Position numbers and translations under genes: made by a program. The notes under the pieces are model-generated. The model worked only from the letters and a program-made list of their open reading frames with translations, had not been told where the DNA came from and ran no database searches. From Pyrinomonadaceae bacterium (GTDB taxonomy: Bacteria; Acidobacteriota; Blastocatellia; Pyrinomonadales; Pyrinomonadaceae), in assembly GCA_030840675.1 (NCBI GenBank), contig JAVEEA010000072.1, forward strand, positions 3,938 through 67,937: 64,000 nt of DNA, read 5' to 3'. Shown here piece by piece: positions 28,021 to 37,231 of the stretch (position 1 is the stretch's first letter; each line of letters starts with the position of its first letter).

Positions 28021-29214
28021 ATGTCTATTCAGTTGCAAGAAAACCAGGACGTAATCTCCGGCTTGCCGAGCACGGATTACTACGCGCCGGACTTTCGCGT
28101 GCTCGTGGAAGGGACCGAACTCGACGCTGCCAGTCATGGCGACATCCTCGATCTCAACGTCAGCATGGACATCGACGCGCTGACAACTTTCTCTTTAACG
28201 GTCAACAACTGGGACGACCGGAGTTTTGATTTCAAATACAGCGACACGACCACTTTCGACATCGGCAAGCGCGTAGACATTCAGATGGGTTATGCAAACC
28301 AGTTGCGGTTTATGGCGAGCGGCATCATTCAGACGCTGGCGCCGCGGTTTCCCGAATCCGGTTCACCTACGCTGGCAGTTTCCGGGGCGGACCGGCGAGT
28401 GAAACTGCGCGAGCGAAAACCGAAGCCAAGCGACGTCAAGAAGTTTGTCAACAAGACTGACTGGCAGATTGCGCAAATCATCGCCGAGCGCAACCAACTC
28501 GAGGCCAGCGTCACCAGGCAGGGCGAACAGCACCCAGTTGTCTTTCAAAAGAACCTGGACGATCTCACTTTCCTGATGGGACGAGCCAAGCGCATCGATT
28601 TCGACTTCTATCTGCGCGTCGATCCGGAAAGCGGTAAAGACACGCTCTTCTTCGTCAGTCCCACCGATAACCGCGACGCGCGTCGCACGCAGAGCTACGT
28701 CTTCGAGTGGGGTAAGAATCTGATCAACTACAGCAGCCAACTCTCGCTCAATCGACAAGTGGCCAGCGTCACGGTGCGCGGCTGGGACCCGGCGACCAAA
28801 CAGAGCATCAGTTACACCGCCACGCCGCGGGACCTGCCGGAGACCAGGAGCCAGGGCGCCAATGGACCACAGACGGCGAAAGATCGGCTTGCCGATCGTC
28901 AGGACTTTGTCGTGGACCATCCGGTCGGCAGTGCTCAGGAGGCGCGCGATCTGGCTATCAGTCACCTGCGCGAGCGCGCGTATCAGTTTCTTACCGGCAC
29001 GGGTCGCGTCATCGGCTTACCGGACATGCGCCCCGGCGATGTGGTTGAGCTGCATGGACTGGGCCAGCGCTTCAGCGGCACCAGCGATAAGTACATTCAA
29101 TATGCCGTCAAGAAAGTTACGCACACTCTCGGAGGCTCCGGTTATCAAACCCAATTTGAGGTGCGGTCCACTGCCGATGGCGGCACGCGAAACAGTGCGG
29201 GAGGAACTGCATAG
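28021..29214 (+). CDS. phage late control gene D-like baseplate hub (gp27/VgrG N-terminal equivalent)
   Basis: 397 aa; APDFRVLVEG ... FSLTVNNWD ... LPDMRPGDVVELHGLGQRFSG ... Y is the Phage_GPD-like pattern. Confidence 0.8.
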   Translation: MSIQLQENQDVISGLPSTDYYAPDFRVLVEGTELDAASHGDILDLNVSMDIDALTTFSLTVNNWDDRSFDFKYSDTTTFDIGKRVDIQMGYANQLRFMASGIIQTLAPRFPESGSPTLAVSGADRRVKLRERKPKPSDVKKFVNKTDWQIAQIIAERNQLEASVTRQGEQHPVVFQKNLDDLTFLMGRAKRIDFDFYLRVDPESGKDTLFFVSPTDNRDARRTQSYVFEWGKNLINYSSQLSLNRQVASVTVRGWDPATKQSISYTATPRDLPETRSQGANGPQTAKDRLADRQDFVVDHPVGSAQEARDLAISHLRERAYQFLTGTGRVIGLPDMRPGDVVELHGLGQRFSGTSDKYIQYAVKKVTHTLGGSGYQTQFEVRSTADGGTRNSAGGTA

Positions 29215-29855
29215 TGACAACGCAGGCGCGCTCACGTACTGCCGACCAGCGGTACTTCGGCGTTTACGAAGCAATCGTGACCGAAGTTAACGACCCGTCC
29301 AAGGAAGGCCGGGCGCAGGTGAAGTTTCCCTGGTTTGACGAACAGATGACGACCGAATGGTGCCGCGTACGGCAGTTTTACGCGGGCAATGACTATGGCG
29401 CTTTTTTCGTTCCCGAAGTTGGCGATGAAGTGTTGGTGGCGTTCATCCAGGGTGACATGCATTTCCCCGTGGTCCTCGGCGGACTCTATAACGGCAAGGA
29501 CAAACCGCCGACGGCGCGTTCGGCCGACAAAGATCAGAAGCTGATTCGCACCAAGGGCAAGCATGAATTGCTGTTTGACGACTCAAAGAACCAGGAGCGC
29601 GTTCGCATTAAAACCAAAGGTGGCCATGAGATCACGCTAGACGATATCAGCGGGTCAGAAAAGATCGCCATAGTCGATTCGAAGTCAAAAAATAAGATTG
29701 TGATCGACACGGCGGCAAACTCGATCACGGTTGAGTCCAGCGGCGGGAAACTAGTTCTCAAAGCCAGCGAGGTCGAGATTTCCGCCGACAGCACGCTCAA
29801 GATCGAAGCCGGCGGACAGCTGACCATCAAAGGGGCGACAGTAAATATCAATTAG
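29214..29855 (+). CDS. gpV/gp5-like spike (OB-fold plus beta-helix)
   Basis: GTG overlaps the upstream stop. GVYEAIVTEVNDPSKEGRAQVKFPW ... WCRVRQFYAGNDYGAFFVPEVGDEVLVAFIQGD is followed by 8-residue beta-helix-like repeats. Confidence 0.8.
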   Translation: MTTQARSRTADQRYFGVYEAIVTEVNDPSKEGRAQVKFPWFDEQMTTEWCRVRQFYAGNDYGAFFVPEVGDEVLVAFIQGDMHFPVVLGGLYNGKDKPPTARSADKDQKLIRTKGKHELLFDDSKNQERVRIKTKGGHEITLDDISGSEKIAIVDSKSKNKIVIDTAANSITVESSGGKLVLKASEVEISADSTLKIEAGGQLTIKGATVNIN

Positions 29856-29870
29856 TGTGACAGTGAAACC

Positions 29871-30272
29871 ATGGGACAACCGGCAGCAAAAAACGGGGAT
29901 CAGGTTACGGCCACCGACATCCACATTGTGATGGTTCCGGCGCCGCCGGGCCCCCCTGTGCCCACGCCGCTGCCGCATCCTTTCGTGGGAATTATCCAGG
30001 GCGAACTCAGCAGCGACGTCAACATCATGGGACTTGCGGCAGCCACTGTCGGCAGCACGGCTGATAACACTCCGGCGCACATTCCCACGCCGCCGGGTAC
30101 TTCGTTTCAAAACCCTCCGAGCAACAAGGCAACAATTAAGCTCGGCAGCGCCACCGTCAAGATCAATGGCAAAGCCGCGGCGCGGAGTGGTGATACGGCG
30201 GAGACTTGCAACGATCCAACAGATCTTCCGAGCGGCACGGTAGTCGCCACCGCCACTGTTCTCATCGGCTAG
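29871..30272 (+). CDS. PAAR-domain spike tip protein
   Basis: 133 aa, Gly/Pro-rich, with PAAR-like repeats (HIPTPPGT ... INGKAAARSGDTAE). Confidence 0.75.
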   Translation: MGQPAAKNGDQVTATDIHIVMVPAPPGPPVPTPLPHPFVGIIQGELSSDVNIMGLAAATVGSTADNTPAHIPTPPGTSFQNPPSNKATIKLGSATVKINGKAAARSGDTAETCNDPTDLPSGTVVATATVLIG

Positions 30273-30296
30273 GCGCGAAGAAAGCGTGAGGCAAAC

Positions 30297-30698
30297 ATGG
30301 ATTCTCAAATTGTCGGCAGCGGATGGCGCTTTCCGATTAGGCCTGATTCGACCGGTGGCCTCGGCTACTCGTCCGGGGACGAAAACGTCGAGCAGTCACT
30401 CAAGATCTTGTTGTTGACGAACCTGGGTCAGCGCGTGATGCGTACCGACTTCGGCAGTAAGGCGCCGGGCCTCGTGTTCGCGCCCGGAAATTTGCAGTAC
30501 CTCGGTCTCCTGGAAACAACCATTCGCGAAGCGGTACGCGACTGGGAACCGCGTATCGATCTGGAGGAAGTGCGTGCCGAACCCGAGCTCGACGACGAAA
30601 CTCAGATTACCGTTCACATCGGCTACCGCGTGCGACGGACCAACACGCGCAGCAATCTGGTATTTCCCTTCTATCTCGGAACAGTGGAGCGAAGTTGA
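30297..30698 (+). CDS. GPW/gp25-family baseplate wedge protein
   Basis: GSGWRFPIRPD ... VEQSLKILLLTNLGQRVMRTDFGS ... V matches the gp25 lysozyme-like pattern. Confidence 0.85.
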   Translation: MDSQIVGSGWRFPIRPDSTGGLGYSSGDENVEQSLKILLLTNLGQRVMRTDFGSKAPGLVFAPGNLQYLGLLETTIREAVRDWEPRIDLEEVRAEPELDDETQITVHIGYRVRRTNTRSNLVFPFYLGTVERS

Positions 30699-32878
30699 TG
30701 GCTCTCGACTCGATCAAGCTCGACGATCTTAGTTGGAACGAAATGGTCGTGGCCATCAGGCGGCGCATTGCCGCCGCGTCCGACGGAAACTGGACACTGC
30801 ACGCGCCTGTCGACCCGGGCATAACCCTGCTTGAGTTGTTCGCCTACCTGCTGGACCAACGCGTTTACTGGATGGACCAGGTGCCGGATTCACTGGTGCG
30901 AGGCGCGCTGTCGCTGCTGGGCGAACAACCGCGCTCCACGCGGGCGGCGGCCACAGTGGTCCATTTTCCCGAGCTCAAAAAAACGGTAGTGCTAAACGCC
31001 GGTACGGAATTGACACTCGCCCGTTCGGTACCCGCGTTGGTTTTTTCCACCGCCGCTGAAATCGCTCTGCTGCCTTTTGAGAGCGGCCGGCGGCTTAGCT
31101 TGTTTATCGATAACGTCGATCGTACCGCCGACCTGGAGCATGGGAAAGTGATGCGGTTATTTCCGCCGGCGGGTTCCGGCGAGGTCCGGATTGTCCTCAG
31201 GTTGCGTGAGCCCTTGCCGGAGAGCGCGAAAGACAAATGCTGCTCGCTGCTTTTTCAACTGCGCACGCCATCCGGGGTCGCTCCCGAGTGGGTGCCCCAG
31301 TGGTCGGCACTCGGAACAGTAACTCCGCCGGCGAAAATCTCCTGGTTCTATGGCGGCGGCGGTGGCAAACGAATCGAGTTTAGTGCCAACGAAATCAACG
31401 ACGGCACCGGCGGTTTGCGCCGCTCGGGATTGGTACTGCTGCCGTTGAAAACGGGAACCGGAACCGAAACCGACTGGTCGCCGGAATATGACGCCAAGAC
31501 GATGCTTTATTCCTATTCGCTCTGGTTGCGCGTTGAGCAGTCAACTTTCAGCGCCCCGCCGCGATTGGAACGGCTGGTACCAAATGTCGTGATCGCTTCA
31601 CACCAGCGAACAACGGCTGAACACAAACTTCACCGGGACTTTCTTCCGCTGCCCGGCAACACGCTGGACCTTGCCGATTTGCCCGAAGACAAACTCCTAA
31701 AAGATCACCCACCAATTGAAGACACGATCAAGCTCCAGATTCGCGAAGCCGATGGCCAGTGGCATCCGTGGCGACCGGTGCTGGATTTTAGTTTTCATGG
31801 TCCCTCCGATCGCGTCTTTACTACTGACCGGCTACTGGGCCAGGTTTCTTTTGGCGACGGCTTGACCGGGCGACTGCCGGTGCTCAACAACGACGGTGAT
31901 GTTCAACTAAAGGTCGAGTACAGCGTGGGCGGGGGCGTGTCCGGAAACCTCGGCGCGCATCTTGATTGGAAGATCAGTTCGGCGAAGGATGAAGCGTTAG
32001 CAAACTTGACGGGCGTTAATTTAGTGCAAACCGAGGGCGGTGCGGAACCTGAAACGATGGCTGCGGCTCGGCAGCGCGCGGGCCTGGAACTCAGGAAGCG
32101 AACCCGGGCCGTCGTGCGGGAGGACTATGAGGAGCTTGCCCGCACGATTCCCGGGGTGGCGATCAAACGGGCGTACGCGGCAGTCGGGCTGCACCCAAAT
32201 TTTCCCTGCGTTGCGATACCCGGCGCCGTGACCGTGTTCCTCGTGCCTGACGTGTCGCGGCCTGACGTGTTGAGCGAAGAGTCGTTGGAGTATGACGGAA
32301 GTAGCGTCGAGAGTGCCTTTGTTGCGGCTCCGGTACCTGACCCGGGGGCGCTCGCAATGGTGCGGGCAAAACTCGAGAAGGCTCGCCTGGCTGGCAGTGA
32401 GGTCTTCGTTTCCGCTCCGCACTATCAAGCGGTAGACCTCTTCCTCGATGTCGAATCCAATTCTCTCGACGCCGATGAACTCAGCCGGCAGATCCGGCGA
32501 CGCTTGCGTTACTTCCTCGATCCTCTCAGCGGCGGTGATGCAGGTCTTGGTTGGCCCTTTGGCGAGCCGCTGCGTCCCTCCGCGATTCTGCGTGAAGTTC
32601 AAGCAGCCCTGGGAGACGAAGGCCGCGTCGAGCGACTCTTCATCGTCTTGCCAGACAAATCCCCGAAGCGTGCAGAAGTCGACTATGGGCCGTGCGTGTC
32701 TACGCCTGTTTGTTCTGCGTCCGAAACCGCGGGCGAAACCCAGGTCGAGATGCACCCTTCACAACCAGACGAGCCTGCTTGTGCCGACGTCCTGATCGGC
32801 GAATACGATCTGGTTGAACTGCGCCGGCTCAGCTTGAATTTTAGTCGCGGTACCGAGAGCCAGGGAGGTTTGCGATGA
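30698..32878 (+). CDS. baseplate J-like protein (gp6/Afp11-like)
   Basis: ATG at 30698 overlaps the gp25 stop (TGATG). RAVVREDYEELARTIPGVAIKRAYAAVGLHPNFPCVAIPGAVTVFLVPD is a gpJ-type motif. Confidence 0.8.
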   Translation: MALDSIKLDDLSWNEMVVAIRRRIAAASDGNWTLHAPVDPGITLLELFAYLLDQRVYWMDQVPDSLVRGALSLLGEQPRSTRAAATVVHFPELKKTVVLNAGTELTLARSVPALVFSTAAEIALLPFESGRRLSLFIDNVDRTADLEHGKVMRLFPPAGSGEVRIVLRLREPLPESAKDKCCSLLFQLRTPSGVAPEWVPQWSALGTVTPPAKISWFYGGGGGKRIEFSANEINDGTGGLRRSGLVLLPLKTGTGTETDWSPEYDAKTMLYSYSLWLRVEQSTFSAPPRLERLVPNVVIASHQRTTAEHKLHRDFLPLPGNTLDLADLPEDKLLKDHPPIEDTIKLQIREADGQWHPWRPVLDFSFHGPSDRVFTTDRLLGQVSFGDGLTGRLPVLNNDGDVQLKVEYSVGGGVSGNLGAHLDWKISSAKDEALANLTGVNLVQTEGGAEPETMAAARQRAGLELRKRTRAVVREDYEELARTIPGVAIKRAYAAVGLHPNFPCVAIPGAVTVFLVPDVSRPDVLSEESLEYDGSSVESAFVAAPVPDPGALAMVRAKLEKARLAGSEVFVSAPHYQAVDLFLDVESNSLDADELSRQIRRRLRYFLDPLSGGDAGLGWPFGEPLRPSAILREVQAALGDEGRVERLFIVLPDKSPKRAEVDYGPCVSTPVCSASETAGETQVEMHPSQPDEPACADVLIGEYDLVELRRLSLNFSRGTESQGGLR

Positions 32879-34959
32879 GTGATGTTTGGTGGGGAAAGGA
32901 ATCCCGGGTGGGGACCGGGCGTCTGAAGCGCAGGAGTCAACCTCTGCCTCCGCTGCCGGTGCTCGCGCCGGCCACGCGTCAGGATGCCGGGAACGAAGTG
33001 CGCGCTCGCGTGCAGTCCTTCACGCCGGAGTGGACCAACCTGCGTCCCACGGATGCGGGCGTAGCGCTCACCCAGCTCTTCGGTGAACAGATGGAACCTG
33101 TGCTTGAACGACTAAATCGGCTACCTGATAAAACGTTTGTAGAGTTTTTAAATATCGCGGGTATCAGACCGTTGCCGGCGTCGCCGGCGGCTGCGTTGCT
33201 GGAGTTCGAGATATCCGATACCGCGCCGCAGTCCGTGTTCTTGAGTAAAGGTTTTCAAGTTGGCGCGCAACCCGCCGAAGGTCCTGACGACCTCGTGATC
33301 TTTGAAACTGAACGTGATCTGGTTGCCGCCCCGGTAAAAATAGTCGAGCTGCACCGGCAGGAAAATAATCTGTTTCAGTCGCTGGATCCCGGGGCGACGA
33401 CCGTGGGCGGGTTCCTTCCTTTTGGCAGTAGACCTGAGCCCGGTCGCGCACTCTTCATCGGTCTTGCCGGGGAAGTCGCGCCCGCACCGCGCATCTCGCT
33501 GGGCATTCGCGTCGCCGCGCCCCCGGGAGCGCCGCCGCCATTGGCGGTGGGTGGAGTAGCGCCGTTGCCGGTGACTTACGCGCCGCAATTGGAATGGAGC
33601 GTTCTTGACGGGACCGCGTTTGTGCCGGCCGAGATTTCCTTCGACGAGACCGGCGGCTTAACGCACAGCGGCGTGGTCGAGTTGCGACTGCCGCCGCAAT
33701 GGCGCGTGGGCCGGCCGCGTGGGTTAACCGGTAAGCCGTTGCGCTGGTTGCGCCTGGCAATCGTTTCCGGAACCTTTTCCGAGAGTCCGGCGCTGTCTGC
33801 GATCAAGCCGAACATGGTGCCCGCTATTGCGGCGCGCACGCTCTTCAACGAGGCGCTCGAGCCGTTACCGCAAAGTAAAAATCGCCAGATGACTTTGAGC
33901 CGGAAACCAATTCTCCCCGACTCGTTGCTAATCGAAATTGACGAAGGTGGTTTTGCGACTGCCAGCGGCCCGGAGGTGGACCTGCCGACAGCTGTTGCGA
34001 CTGCGAACGGTGAGGGAGCGAAGCAAGCGAAGACCAAACAATGGTTGCAGGTGGACGATCTCAGTATCTATGGACCAGAGGCTGAGGTCTATTCTCTTGA
34101 TCCACTCGCAGGCGTAGTTACCTTTGGCGACGGCGTGCACGGCGCGCTGGTGCCGCGGGGTTTTCGCAACGTGCGTGCAAAAACCTACCGGGTGGGCGGG
34201 GGCCGCGCGGGCGCCGTTCCCGCTGAGGCGATCAGCACGCTGCTGTCCTCCGCGCCATTCATAACCAAAGTGACGAATCCCTGGCCCGCCACCGGCGGTG
34301 TCAATAGTGAAACCAGCGATCAGGCGTTGCTGCGCGGGCCGCAGGAGATTCGTGCTCGATCGCGAGCGGTCACAATTGCAGACTACGCGCTGCTCGCTCG
34401 CCAGGCCCAGGGCGCGCTGGTGGCGCGGGCCCATGCAGTGGCTGGATTACACCCAGCGTTTCCGGGACGGCCCATTCCGGGAGTAGTGGGAATCTTCGTA
34501 GTGCCGCCGGATCGTAATGAAGGTCCGCCGACTCCCGACGAAGACAGCTTGCGCGCCGTGGCTACTTATCTAAGCCGGAATGCTGCTCCGGCAGGTGTCG
34601 AGGTGGTGGCGGCGGCGGCGCGATTTCACCGGGTGAAAATTGAAGCGGTAATCACAATTCGCAGCGGCGCCGATGCGGCCGGGACAGTGCGCGATGCGCT
34701 GCAAGCTTTGGAGGTGTACCTGCATCCTTTGACTGGAGGTGAGGATGGTTCGGGTTGGCCTTTTGGCGGTCCCTTGCGTTACCAGGCTTTGGTCCGGCGG
34801 CTGACCCGAGTCGCGGGTGTCAGTGCCGTGCCAACGCTAAACATCATTGCCGATGGTTCACGCTTTCTCTCGTGCCACGACTTCATCCCGGAACCTCATG
34901 CGTTGCTGTGGAGCGAGGTCCACCAGGTAATAGTTCAACAGCGGAGGGAGAGCAGATGA
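32875..34959 (+). CDS. second baseplate J-like / putative baseplate assembly protein (Afp12 position)
   Basis: ATGA overlap. It carries the same gpJ-type motif: SRAVTIADYALLARQAQGALVARAHAVAGLHPAFPGRPIPGVVGIFVVPP. Confidence 0.7.
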   Translation: MSDVWWGKESRVGTGRLKRRSQPLPPLPVLAPATRQDAGNEVRARVQSFTPEWTNLRPTDAGVALTQLFGEQMEPVLERLNRLPDKTFVEFLNIAGIRPLPASPAAALLEFEISDTAPQSVFLSKGFQVGAQPAEGPDDLVIFETERDLVAAPVKIVELHRQENNLFQSLDPGATTVGGFLPFGSRPEPGRALFIGLAGEVAPAPRISLGIRVAAPPGAPPPLAVGGVAPLPVTYAPQLEWSVLDGTAFVPAEISFDETGGLTHSGVVELRLPPQWRVGRPRGLTGKPLRWLRLAIVSGTFSESPALSAIKPNMVPAIAARTLFNEALEPLPQSKNRQMTLSRKPILPDSLLIEIDEGGFATASGPEVDLPTAVATANGEGAKQAKTKQWLQVDDLSIYGPEAEVYSLDPLAGVVTFGDGVHGALVPRGFRNVRAKTYRVGGGRAGAVPAEAISTLLSSAPFITKVTNPWPATGGVNSETSDQALLRGPQEIRARSRAVTIADYALLARQAQGALVARAHAVAGLHPAFPGRPIPGVVGIFVVPPDRNEGPPTPDEDSLRAVATYLSRNAAPAGVEVVAAAARFHRVKIEAVITIRSGADAAGTVRDALQALEVYLHPLTGGEDGSGWPFGGPLRYQALVRRLTRVAGVSAVPTLNIIADGSRFLSCHDFIPEPHALLWSEVHQVIVQQRRESR

Positions 34960-37100
34960 GTTGCGGCGGCGGTTCCCAGAATTTCAGATTACTCGACGGC
35001 TTCGTGGGTTGGGACCAGGCCAGCTGCGAAGGACTAGTTGGCCTGGGCTTTGACAATGCCGGCGGAGTGAAACTTGCGCAGGAACAACCGAAGTTGTCGC
35101 CGCTGGATTGTGCTAACGGCGATACTTACCTGTCAGCTGAAGCGCTACTTGCTTACTTACTGCCGCCACGACTGGCGCGTGGCTGTGGCAGCTGCGACTG
35201 GTTTCTGGTTTTTCAAAAACAACTACTGCGCCGGGATTGTTGTGCGCCGGCGTGGTACTCCGCGTGGAGCACTCGTTGTGATCAGCATTTATTAAAGGAC
35301 GCCGTGGCCGTCGCCGCGAAAGGACATCGCGTCGCGGTGGCTGACGCGCGCGCCAGGCGAATCCGGATCTGGGAAGGCGATGGGGAGCGACTGGTCGGAT
35401 CAATAAACCTGGACAGTTTATCAGCGGATTCCGACTGCGAGCCCGACGACTTCGAAAACCGGATCAACCGCATTGCCGCGCTTGCCTTCACGCCCTGGGG
35501 CCAGCTGCTGGTTGCCGACGCGGGCAGTAACTCTATTTGGAGTTTTGCAGCCGGCGGTGTGGTCCACAAAAGACTGAAAATCGCATTGCCCACCTCGCAA
35601 CCGATCAGAAACCTCGCCGTCAGCGACGACGGCCAGATGTGGGTTGTCACTGGCCACGACGACCAGTCGCTGGAACTCTGGCGTGGCAGCCGTGAAGACA
35701 GCACGTTCCAAAAGGCGTCGCTCGCAGAGCTACAGGCGACGTTCAAACCAACCGGACTCATGGCGGCAAATGAAAAAGGTTTTTGCCTTGAGCAATGTGG
35801 GCCCGAGGGAGTGGCCGTCTCTCTTTGTTTTGCTTGGAATGGTGAGCCGGCGAAAGAGCCAATCAAGTCGCCCGAACCGCCGAAGCTTCTGCTTCTGGGA
35901 CAATTGATAACGCGCGCTATCGATAGCGGAATGCCCCGCTGCCGCTGGCATCGAGTACGTCTCGACGCCGACGTCCCCTCGGGAACCACTCTGGAAATTG
36001 CAGTGGCTACCAGTGAACCTAACAGCGCGGGTGAGGAGCAGGCGCCGCAGGGTGAAGGGGCGAAAGCGGAAGGTTGGGAAAGTTTCAATGCCGGAGTACC
36101 GCATCCGACAGACTGGCAGGTAGCTCCCGCTGGGACTCTTGACTTCCTCATCAATCAGCCGCCGGGCCGTTTGCTTTACGTCCGCTTGCGACTTACCGGG
36201 AATGGCAAGATTTCGCCGGTGGTACGCCGCGTGAGGCTGGACTTTCCTCGTATCACCAGCCTGGAGCTGTTGCCCCCGGTCTATCGCGACAATCCCGAAG
36301 CCGAAGATTTTACTGAACGATTCCTGGCACTTTTCGATGCTTCGATTGGCGAGTTGGACCACGCAATCGAGCGGGCGCCGGCACTGCTCGATCCTAACGG
36401 CGTTCCCGCTGAAGTGTTGCCGTGGCTTGGCAGCTTCCTCGACTTGATTTTCGATCCCGGCTGGAGCGCGGAAATGCGCCGCAAGGTGCTGAGCGCTCTG
36501 CCGAAACTTTATCCCCAGCGAGGAACCGTCACGGGACTCAGCGAGACGATCAAACTCATCTTCGGCGTTACCCCCGCGATTCAGGAGTTGGCGATGGAAC
36601 GCAATTTCGGCAGCGTCGCCAATAACCACGGAGCACCGCAGCGCAACCAGGCGCAGCTGGGAGTGGTGCGGCTATTTGGTAAATCGCGCGCGCGCTTCCG
36701 CCTCAGCACCTCAGCGTTGGGCCAGGCGCCGCTGCGCAGTTACGGAAATCCCGACCACGATCCCTTGTTGGCCCAGGCCTTCCGCCTGCGCGTTCTCATT
36801 CCGCCACTGGAGGTCAACACTCCCGCCGCTCGGCAGAGTCTGGAGCAATTGATTACCAGTCAAAAACCGGCACACACGGTGGCCAGCATCCGCTTTGGCG
36901 GCGAGGGTTTCATCCTTGGCGATCGCTCAGCGATAGGAGTTGACACGATTTTTGGACCACCGCCGCCGGCGGTGCTGGGGAAGGCGGGCAATGTGCGTTT
37001 GAGTCGCATGAGCCTGTTGCGACCGGGCAGACGCGGCGCTTTGGGCGGCATACGTTTGGGCGAGACCAGCGTAGTGGGCGTGCAGACGGTCGCTGCTTGA
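34956..37100 (+). CDS. phage tail protein with P2 gpI-like C-terminal domain and beta-propeller-like N-terminal domain
   Basis: Start reset to ATG 34956 (ATGA overlap). The C-terminal region is LLPPVYRDNPEAEDFTERFLALFD ... VLPWLGSFLDLIFDPGWS ... LPKLYPQRGT (tail_P2_I-like). The N-terminal half has NHL/propeller-like strands (LVADAGSNSIWSF, MWVVTGHDD). Confidence 0.7.
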   Translation: MSCGGGSQNFRLLDGFVGWDQASCEGLVGLGFDNAGGVKLAQEQPKLSPLDCANGDTYLSAEALLAYLLPPRLARGCGSCDWFLVFQKQLLRRDCCAPAWYSAWSTRCDQHLLKDAVAVAAKGHRVAVADARARRIRIWEGDGERLVGSINLDSLSADSDCEPDDFENRINRIAALAFTPWGQLLVADAGSNSIWSFAAGGVVHKRLKIALPTSQPIRNLAVSDDGQMWVVTGHDDQSLELWRGSREDSTFQKASLAELQATFKPTGLMAANEKGFCLEQCGPEGVAVSLCFAWNGEPAKEPIKSPEPPKLLLLGQLITRAIDSGMPRCRWHRVRLDADVPSGTTLEIAVATSEPNSAGEEQAPQGEGAKAEGWESFNAGVPHPTDWQVAPAGTLDFLINQPPGRLLYVRLRLTGNGKISPVVRRVRLDFPRITSLELLPPVYRDNPEAEDFTERFLALFDASIGELDHAIERAPALLDPNGVPAEVLPWLGSFLDLIFDPGWSAEMRRKVLSALPKLYPQRGTVTGLSETIKLIFGVTPAIQELAMERNFGSVANNHGAPQRNQAQLGVVRLFGKSRARFRLSTSALGQAPLRSYGNPDHDPLLAQAFRLRVLIPPLEVNTPAARQSLEQLITSQKPAHTVASIRFGGEGFILGDRSAIGVDTIFGPPPPAVLGKAGNVRLSRMSLLRPGRRGALGGIRLGETSVVGVQTVAA

Positions 37101-37231
37101 GCAGTCCGCGGGTTGCGCAACCTGACAACCTTCGCCTGACCCACGGTTGATTGTCGTTCGCTCAAGCATTGTTTTCGAGGGTGCAAGGGGAGCCAGCAGT
37201 CAGCAGCTTAATTTGAGGAGCCCAACTAATC

